Source: Heptranchias perlo
Lineage: Eukaryota
Length of the DNA stretch: 64,000 nt
NCBI RefSeq assembly: GCF_035084215.1
Contig: NC_090364.1
Location: forward strand, 8,680,001-8,744,000
Direction of reading: 5' to 3'
Of the stretch, positions 55,265-64,000 are shown one piece after another (within the stretch, counting starts at the first letter, position 1; each line of letters opens with the position of its first letter). A program made the translations under genes and the position numbers. The notes beneath the pieces are model-generated. The model saw only the letters and a list, made by a program, of their open reading frames with translations. It was not told the DNA's origin and did no database searches.

Positions 55265-56507
55265 TGACAAATTTCTTAGAGTTTTTTGAGGATATAACTA
55301 GCAGGGTAGATAAAGGGGAACCAGTGGATGTAGTATATTTGGATTTTCAAAAGGCATTCGATAAGGTGCCACATAAAAGGTTGTTACACAAGATAAGAGC
55401 TCATGGGGTTGGGGGTAATATATTAGCATGGATAGAGAATTGGTTAAAGGACAGAAAACAGAGAGTAGGGATAAACAGGTCATTCTCAGGTTGGCAGGCT
55501 GCAACTAGTGGGGTACTGCAAGGAACGGTTTTTGGGCCTCAGCTATTTACAATCTATATTAATGACTTGGATGAAGGGACCGAGTGTAATGTATCCAAGT
55601 TTTCTGACGATACAAGGCTAGGTGGGAAAGTAAGCTGTGAGTCTGCAAAGGGATATAGACAGATTAAGTGAGTGGGCAAGAAGGTGGCAGATGGAGTATA
55701 ATGTGGGGAAATGTGAGATTAGTCACTTTGGTACGAAGAATAGAAAAACAGAATATTTTTTAAATGATGAGAAACTATTAAATGTTTGTGTTCCGAGAGG
55801 TTTGGGTGTCCTCGAACAAGAAACACAAAAAGTTAGTATGCAGATACAGCAAGCAATTAGGAAAGCAAATAGCATTTATTGCAAGGGGGTTGGAGTACAA
55901 GAGTAAGGAAGTCTTACTACAATTGTACAGGACTTTGGTGAGACCTCACCTGGAGTACTGCATACAGTTTTGGTCTCCTTATCTAAGGAAGGATATACTT
56001 GCCTTAGAGGCGGTGCAACAAAGGTTCACTAGATTAATTCCTGGGATGAGAGGGTTGTCCTATGAGGAGAGGTTGAGTAGAATGGGCCTAAACTCTCTGA
56101 AGTTTGCAAGAATGAGAGGTGATTTCATTGAAACATATAAGATTATGAGGGGGTTTGACAGGGTAGATGCTAAGAGGTTGTTTCCCCTGGCTAGAGAGTC
56201 TAGAACTAGGGGGTATTGTCTCAGGATAAGGGATCGGCCATTTAGGACTGAGATGCGGAGGAATTTCTTCACTCAGAGAGTTGTGAATCTTTGGAATTCT
56301 CTACCCCCAGAGGCCTATGGATGCTGAGTCGTTGATTATATTCAAGGCTAAGATCGATAGATTTTTGGACTTGAGGAGAATCAAGGGATATGGGGATCGG
56401 GCGGGAAAGTGGAGTTGAGGTCGAAGATCAGCCATGATCTGATTGAATGGCGGAGCAGGCTCATGGGGCCGTATGGCCTACTCCTGCTCCTATTTCTTAT
56501 GTTCTTA
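55265..56507 (+). mobile_element. CR1 LINE, 5'-truncated, inserted in a GATA-rich tract
   Basis: ORFs 55264-55671, 55637-55906, 55782-56327; close relative of 9161-11712. Confidence 0.95.
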
Positions 56508-57004
56508 TATGGATAGAGAGATAGGTGGATAGATCCAGATTGATAGACAGGCAGAAAGATAGATAAGTCATTGAAAGTAAACCTAAAAATATTACTTTAC
56601 ATTAAATTGCAGGAGTAGAACAAGAGGTCACAGGTTAAAACTAGTAAAAGGTAATCTCAGAATTGATATCAGGAAATTCGTCTGCACACAAAGAGTGATC
56701 AATGTATGGAATAGACTTTCAGGGAGAGTAGTGGAGGTGAAAACCCTGGAATCATTCAAGAAACAATTGGATGCTGCAATGGGGAGAGGTTAGGATCTCT
56801 CTGGATGGATGAACTAAGATGGACCGAATGGACTTCTTTATCTTTAATTATCCTGTGATATAGGAACAGGAGGAGTCCATTCAGCCCCTCGAGACTGTTC
56901 AGCCATTCAATTAGATCATGGCTGATCTGTATCTTAACTTCCATTTACCCGCTTTGGCTCTACATAGATAGATAGATTTGGTTGTAAAAACAGAAAGACA
57001 GATC

Positions 57005-57765
57005 ATTATCTGAATGGTGATAGATTGGGAAAAGGGGAGGTGCAACGAGACCTGGGTGCCCTCGTACACCAGTCGCTGAAAGCGAGCATTCAGGTGCAGC
57101 AAGCAGTTGGGAAGGCGAATGGTATGTTGGCCTTCATTGCAAGAGGATTTGAGTACAGGAGCAGGGATGTCTTACTGCAGTTGTACAGGGCCTTGGTGAG
57201 ACCACATCTGGAGTATTGTGTGCAATTTTGGTCTCCTTATCTGAGGATGTCCTTGCCATGGAGGGAATGCAACGAAGGTTTACCAGACTGATTACTGGGA
57301 TGGCAGGACTGACGTATGAGGAGAGATTGGGTCGACTTGGCCTATATTCACTCGAGTTTAGAAGAATGAGAGGTGATCTCATCGAAACATATAAAATTCT
57401 AACAGGACTAGACAGACTAGATGCAGGGAGGATGTTCCCGATGGTTGGGGAGTCCAGAACCAGGGTTCACAGTCTCAGGATATGGGGTATGCCATTTACA
57501 ACCGAGATGAGGAGAAATTTCTTCACTCAGAGGGTGGTGAACCTGTGGAATTCTCTACCACAGAAGGCAGTGGAGGCCAAGTCATTAGATGCATTCAAGA
57601 AGGAGATAGATATATTTCTTAATGCTGAAGGGATCAAGGGATAGGGGGGAAAAAGCAGGAACAGGGTACTGAGTTAGACGATCAGCCGTGATCATTTTGA
57701 ATGGCAGAGCAGGCCCGAAGGGCCGAATGGCCTACTCTTGCTCCTATTTTCTATATTTCTACAGA
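57005..57765 (+). mobile_element. CR1 3' fragment
   Basis: ORFs 57025-57291 and 57216-57644. Confidence 0.9.
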
Positions 57766-57889
57766 AACATATAAAAGCAGACAGATGGTTTGATTTCACA
57801 GGTGCTTTTTTATATATATATATATATATAGATAACCCAATGACAGGCAAATTCGAGCTGTTAAACTTCTTGGGAGTGGCAGTCTCAGA

Positions 57890-58075
57890 TTGACACCGCC
57901 CACAAGCAGAACGGTCCAATCAGAGACGGAAAGAGGCGGGGATGATTGACAGGAGAGACCGACAAACTTGCTGGTCTTGAGTGACACCCATTTCGAGCAA
58001 TAAACAGACGACCGGGCTACACAGTGGCCAATCAGTGCGGTTAGAGGGCGGGACTGGCGGTTCATGCTAGTTAAA
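57890..58075 (+). promoter_or_regulatory. CpG-rich, TATA-less promoter of Rac gene 2
   Basis: CCAATCAG at about 57916 and 58028; GC boxes (CCGCCC 57896, GAGGCGGGG, GGGCGGG about 58046) upstream of the ATG at 58244. Confidence 0.7.
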
Positions 58076-58243
58076 GCTGCAGCGCAGAGGTTGGGTGGTG
58101 GCTTGTGAGTGAGCTGAGCAGTGGCATCGGGATCTTTTCAATTGTGTTTATTTTTTTTTTTTGTTTCCTCCTGCTATAATATATATTTTGGCCAATTTAA
58201 CTTCTTGGGAGACTTCGAAGCCTCAGTTTACCAAAGTTGGAAG

Positions 58244-58278
58244 ATGCAAGCCATCAAATGTGTGGTGGTGGGGGATGG
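58244..58278 (+). CDS. Rac gene 2, first coding exon (rest of gene not seen in the window)
   Basis: ATG CAA GCC ATC AAA TGT GTG GTG GTG GGG GAT GG|GTGAGT = [12 protein letters not shown], identical to the RAC1/2/3 N-terminus; 35-nt exon. Confidence 0.9.
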
Positions 58279-59249
58279 GTGAGTAATGACTGCGAGCCGC
58301 CAAACTTTTTAAAGTAAACTTTTCCTTCGTTTCTCTTTTTTTTTAAAAAAAAAAGTTTTAGTTTTGAGATTTTGTGAGAAGTCGGTCTTCATATCATTCG
58401 ATATGTGCTTTTGAATTTTTCATCACAGAGATGTTGGGGGAGAAAATGACTAAATGGAAGGAAAAAAAGTTCCTCTTTCATTTCCTTTTTCTTAGTTTTT
58501 TTTGGGGACATTTTTTAATACTTTAGTAACACAGTTATAGTGGTGCAGTTTACCCCGTTCTTTTTTAAGATGAAAACTTACAATAGAAAGACCTTAAATC
58601 ACTTTCCTTCATTGTGTCTAATAATCCACATGTGTCCCTCTGTATTTTATGGTCCATGTGTTTTTAATGAAAATTAAAATATTGCAGAATGCAGATTTAA
58701 AGACTGTAGCTCTCTTCTAAGTATGTTTCAAAGTTCTTGTGTGATATTCTAAAAGTTTTTTAAAAATTGTATAAATTACAACTTTTTATAAGTGTGACTG
58801 ACATTTCATGGGGACATAATTTAATTCTAACTGGTTTAAAAGTTCTGTGTTATCTTGTATTAAATTTTCCAAGTGCTAATATATTTGCCTATATTTGTGT
58901 GTGCCATGCATGTGGGAAAGTATGGTACCAGTTTGGGGTTTTGGCCCGTTGTTCTTTATTGACGTACCTGGGATTGTGACGCTATCGCCCTTCTGTCTTG
59001 TTACTCATTGATTTTCCTAGAAGTAAACTAATTTCATTATGCCTAAGCATGTTTGAAACTCTGCCTTAAAAAGGTTTTGGTTAGCCTGAGGTGCTATTTG
59101 AGGATGGACTGAGGAAGATGTGGCAGGTGTCTTTTACACTCTTTAGCTGCAGGGACCTTTAAATTTTATTTAGGTGTGACCTGATGAGAGAAATTAAAAT
59201 CATCACAGGGCAACTGTAGATCTGAGCAAAAGAAGCCACCTGTGATTCC

Positions 59250-59558
59250 TGGAGGCGTCCTGAACGAGTGATTCAGATGGATGTAAACTATCCCATGGCA
59301 CTTTCAAAGAAGAGCAGGGGAGTCCTACCCTGGTGTCCTGGCCAACATTCATCCCTTGATCAAACATCACCATAAAACAGATTATTTGGTAGTTATTACA
59401 TTGTTGTTTGTGGGACCTTGCTATGTGGAAAATTGGCTGCTGTGTTCCCTACATTACACTGGTGACTACACTTCAGAAAAGTACTTAAATTTTCTGTGAA
59501 GTGCTTTGGGGCATCCCGAGGTTGTGAAATGTGCTATATAAATGCAAGTTCTTTTTTT
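59250..59558 (+). mobile_element. Deu-domain SINE 3' part
   Basis: Deu core and tail. Confidence 0.7.
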
Positions 59559-60171
59559 AATTGATCAGTGTGCATAGATTTATTGGCTGGGGATCCAAGT
59601 AGACCTCTTTGCAACCTACCTCCTCCCTGTTCCTCACCCCCACAAAAAAAACACCGAGCCCCCAACCTGTTGCATTCAGTTCAGGTATTAGTGAGTTTGT
59701 TGTGGTATTAGGACAAATATTGAGCATTGCCTATGGTCCCCGGTTTATGAACTGGGTGACTGAGGGCCAGTCTGGCTGTTAGATGTAATTGGACTGGCCT
59801 GGTGTTGATTTGGTCCAATGGTTATGCTTAGAATGAATCTAGAAATTGTACCATTTTGATGCCTCTGATTCCTTTGATCGACAAACTGAAACTGAATAAT
59901 CTGTTTGGAAAAGTTTAACTAACTGTAATTATTGTTCTTGCTTGCTTTTGAACCTTATTACTTGTGGGGGTGGAAAGAATAATTTCCCCCAGCCCCTGTT
60001 CCCATGAGGGACATGTTGCTACGTTACGTTCTTTTTGGGGCCCCTGCCAACACTCATGTTGTCCTTGAGCAGAGATGTGAGAGGGTACCCAGGATATTGG
60101 ATTTGTGATTCTTCTTACTAGGAAGTGACACCCCCCCCCCCCCCCCCCAAAATTACTTAAACCAGTGTGAA

Positions 60172-61765
60172 GACCTGAGGCCTTGGTGATAAATCATGGT
60201 TCGTATTCACTTTCAAAGAGCTGGCACAGGCACGATGGGCTGAATGGCGTCCTTCTGTGCTGTATCATTCTATATTTCAGCACCCATGTCACCATGTACT
60301 GTACTGTAGTTTCTCTAATGAATGTCTGATAGCTATTTTTAAATAGCGCAAATAATGGAAAATATTGATTGCATGACTCTTTTTCATAAAAATGGTACAG
60401 ATCCTTGGCCCTGCAGGGGCAGTCAGTACCCAGAAGTGCTGCTTAGATGATCAAATTGTAATCTGTATTTGGCCCTTTTCCAAAAAATCCATTTTAGTCT
60501 TAATTTTAAGGTCTTTAAGATCCCTAATGTCTTGATCTACCTGCTGCAAAGACTTCAGACACAGCAGCAGCATCTTGCATTTATATTTAGCCCCTTTTTA
60601 ACATGGAAAAATGTCCCAAGGTGCTTCACATTGGCATGAGGAAAATGGATGCTGAACCAAGTAAAGAGATTAGGAAGGGGTGACAAAAAGTTTGGTCAAA
60701 TGAGATGGGTTTTACAGGAGGAGAAGGGGATGGAGAGTCGGAGGGGTTTGGGGAGGTGCTCCAGAGAGTTGGTCTTAAGCACAACAAAGGGAGGGGAGGC
60801 TGTAATCAGAGGAATGGGGAGATTGTAGGCTGGAAGAGGTTACAGAGAAAGGGATAGCTGAGACCATGGAGGGATTTACACACCAGGATTAAAAATGATA
60901 AATTTGAGGCATTGGGGGACCGGGAGCCAATGTAGGTCAGTGAGGGTGGGAGTGATGGGTGAGCAGGACTTGGTGCAGGATGTGATACAGGAAGCAGAAT
61001 ATCAGATGTGCTCGAGTTTATGGGCTGGGTGGAGGATGGCAGTGTAAGAAGGGTGTTGGATTGATCGAGTCTGAAGGTGACCAGAATGGATATGAACTTC
61101 AGAGGTGGGGTGATAGTAGACGGTCTTTGTGATGGAGAGGGTATGGGTTGAACAGGGCGACAAGGTTGTGCACAGACTGGTTAAGCCTGCGACAGCGACT
61201 AGGGAAGAGGATGGAGTTAGTGGTGAGAGTAAAGGTGTTTGTAGTGGAGACCGAAGACGATGGCTTAAATCTTCCCAGTGTTTAGCCAGAAGTTGTTGAG
61301 ACTCATCCACGACTGTATGTCAGACAGGCCAATGTCATGACCGGAGGCCTTGGTGACATGGTTCATGTTCACTTTCAAAGAGCTAGCACAGGCATGATAG
61401 GCCGAATGGCCTCCTTCTGTGCCTCATTCTATGATTCTTTGTCGGCACCCATGTTGTCATGTACTCCTACAGTTGTTTCTCTAACAAGTGTCTAATAGCA
61501 ATTTAAATAACACAAATAATGGAAAAAATTGATTGCATGAAACTTTCATAAAGATGGTACAGATCCTCGACCCTGCAGGGACACTCTGTACCCAGAAACA
61601 CTGCTTAGATGATCAGATTATAATCTGCTTTGGGCCCTTTTCCAAAAATCCATTTGGTCTTAATTTTAAGGGCTTTAAGATCCTTAAAATGTCTTGATCC
61701 ATTGTTGCAAAGACTTCAGACACAGCAACAGTATCGTGCATCTATATTTAGCACCTTTTTAACAT
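60172..61765 (+). repeat. Local direct duplication of about 430 bp (60172-60604 and 61339-61765)
   Basis: Colinear blocks, e.g. ATGGTACAGATCCT..CCCTGCAGGG..TACCCAGAA..CTGCTTAGATGATCA. Confidence 0.9.
60575..61325 (-). mobile_element. Degraded L2-type LINE fragment
   Basis: Reverse-complement L2 tail and purine-rich body. Confidence 0.6.
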
Positions 61766-62987
61766 AGGTGGTGGAGGAATAAAGCCCAGTGTCATCATCG
61801 TACATGTAGCAGCTGACCCCATTGTCTGGGGCTGATTCGCCAAGCGGCAGCATATAGAGGAGGAGGAGGAGGACGACTTTCGAGACTCTGGAGGTGATGA
61901 TGCAGGACCCTGGGGGGAAAAGAACGCTCTTAGTACCTTGCACAGTAGCCAGTTTAAAGTCTGACTAAGCTCACCCTAGTTTCTTCAGATTCAGTTTAGT
62001 TTGTCAGATCATGTTTTACATAGAGATGGTTGACTTCCTCAGTAATTCACCACCTGCAATATCCTGTGAGTTCTTGCATCACAGTCCAGTATCTTGCGAA
62101 GACTTGCAACGTTCAGGACTGTTTTAATGTGTCGTTGAAAGAAGCAGCCTTCAACGAGCTATAAAACCTGTAAAGTATTTAAAAAGAAAATTGTTGTTCG
62201 AGAATTATGGGCATTAGTGGAATTTCATGACTCGGGAGGATGAATAAACCACTTTCATAGTTGGATGTCATGTGCATCTCAACTGCAATACTGTCTCTTA
62301 ACCCCATGCCGTCTGCCCAATATCCTGTGTGTTGCCCAAGTCAAAGAGTAGTGTTGAAGAATCTGTAATAATTCTGTAACCCAAGGGGAGGAAGAATCTT
62401 TGTAGCCTGAAAATCGCAATAGTTCTTAACAAAGAAAATAAATCCTACCTTTTTTTTGTATGGCACCTTTTCATGCAGTGGAATATCTCTCTCAATGCTT
62501 CACACGACTACATTTTTTTTGGAGCATGGTGACTTTTTTTTTTGTTTATAACTGGAAATGCAGCAAACTTTGTGCACCAGCAAACAATGAGATGAGTGAT
62601 CATCCAATTGGGTATCTCTGGTGGTATTTGTTGAGGGAGGAATACAGATCACGACACTGGAAGCAATCTCTGTTCCTTGAAGAGTTTTGTGGGATCTTTA
62701 TCATACTTTTACTCTTCCATCTGTTCTGCATGGACTAAGCTTTGACATCTACAGTGATTGGTGTGAATTGGTCACTGATGTTGCTCTCGAGACTTTTTAA
62801 AAAAAAAATCAGTTTTCTCCTGTTTGACTGTGCTAACTATGCTGGATACAGTTCCATAGGCCAACACCTTCTCCAAGAGGCCATTATTCACGTGAGCCTT
62901 GACAGTAACATTTGGCAAGCTACTCATATGCTTGGGACATCGAGATGCTGTGCTCAGTAGAGGTCCTCGCATGACTTCCAGTCGCTG

Positions 62988-63840
62988 TATAATGAAGCAG
63001 TCCGAGCCTGCATGCAGCAAGACCTGGACAACATCCAGGCTTGGGCTCATAAGTGGCAAGTAACATTCGTGCCAGATAAGTGCCAGGCAATGACCATCTC
63101 CAACAAGAGAGAGTCTAACCACCTCCCCTTGACATTACCATCGCCGAATCCCCCACCATCAACATCCTGGGGGTCACCATTGACCAGAAACTTAACTGGA
63201 CCAGTCACATAAATACTGTGGCTACAAGAGCAGGTCAGAGGCTGGGTATTCTGCGGCGAGTGACTCACCTCCTGACTCCCCAAAGCCTTTTCACCATCTA
63301 CAAGGCACAAGTCAGGAGTGTGATGGAATACTCTCCACTTGCCTGGATGAGCGCAGCTCCAACAACACTCAAGAAGCTCGACATCATCCAAGATAAAGCA
63401 GCCCGCTTGATTGGCACCCCATCCACCACCCTAAACATTCACTCCCTTCACCACCGGCGCACTGTGGCTGCAGTGTGCACCATCCACAGGATGCACTGCA
63501 GCAACTCGCCAAGGCTTCTTCGACAGCACCTCCCAAACCCGCGACCTCTACCACCTAGAAGGACAAGGGCAGCAGGCGCATGGGAACAACACCACCTGCA
63601 CGTTCCCCTCCAAGTCACACACCATCCCGACTTGGAAATATATCGCCGTTCCTTCATCGTCGCTGGGTCAAAATCCTGGAACTCCCTTCCTAACAGCACT
63701 GTGGGAGAACCGTCACCACACAGACTGCAGCGGTTCAAGAAGGCGGCTCACCACCACCTTCTTGAGGGCAATTAGGGATGGGCAATAAATGCCGGCCTTG
63801 CCAGCGACGCCCACATCCCGTGAACGAATAAAAAAAAATA
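62988..63840 (+). mobile_element. LINE 3' portion (CR1/L2 group), relatively intact, with poly(A)
   Basis: ORFs 63012-63212 (LQQDLDNIQAWA..WQV) and 63218-63775 (VRSVMEYS..SWNSLP); AATAAA and A tail. Confidence 0.9.
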
Positions 63841-64000
63841 ATAATGATCAGGAGCAGGACCATGGCCAGTTTTTGCCCTCCCTCACCCAGGCGTCCTGAG
63901 GCCCCTTTTGTAGTTCCCCAGCTGAGATCGGCTCACTTGGCTCAGAATCTGGGGCCTCCCCGATCTCTGGCAATAATGCTCACTGGGTAAACTTGCTGCC

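Noticed and set aside
58279-64000. Exon 2 of Rac gene 2
   Set aside because: No AVGKTCLL-coding segment seen; presumably beyond the window, so completeness of this gene is unverified

Overview
Vertebrate genomic DNA, most likely a cartilaginous fish (shark), judged from the dense CR1/L2 LINE, Deu-domain SINE, Penelope-like and MITE content. All host genes are on the + strand. There is a tandem ferritin cluster: an exon-1-only pseudogene at 4938-5033 and two intact 4-exon, 176-aa genes at 13632-18067 and 22137-23892. It is followed by a complete 6-exon divergent Rac-type GTPase gene (26683-38550) and the first coding exon of a second, canonical-looking Rac gene (58244-58278) with a CCAAT/GC-box promoter. 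Main observations: (1) both intact ferritins have lost the helix-B ferroxidase ligands (E62K and H65C/H65R, human H numbering), lack most L/M-type nucleation glutamates, and carry only decayed IREs, which suggests iron-uncoupled, non-ferroxidase ferritins; (2) a tandem Rac pair beside ferritin may be a fourth vertebrate Rac ohnolog; (3) Penelope-like insertions carry minimal hammerhead-ribozyme motifs; (4) transposon insertions with visible target-site duplications have disrupted or remodelled the ferritin promoters. Repeat family names come from pattern recognition, not database searches, and repeat boundaries are approximate unless a target-site duplication (TSD) is given.
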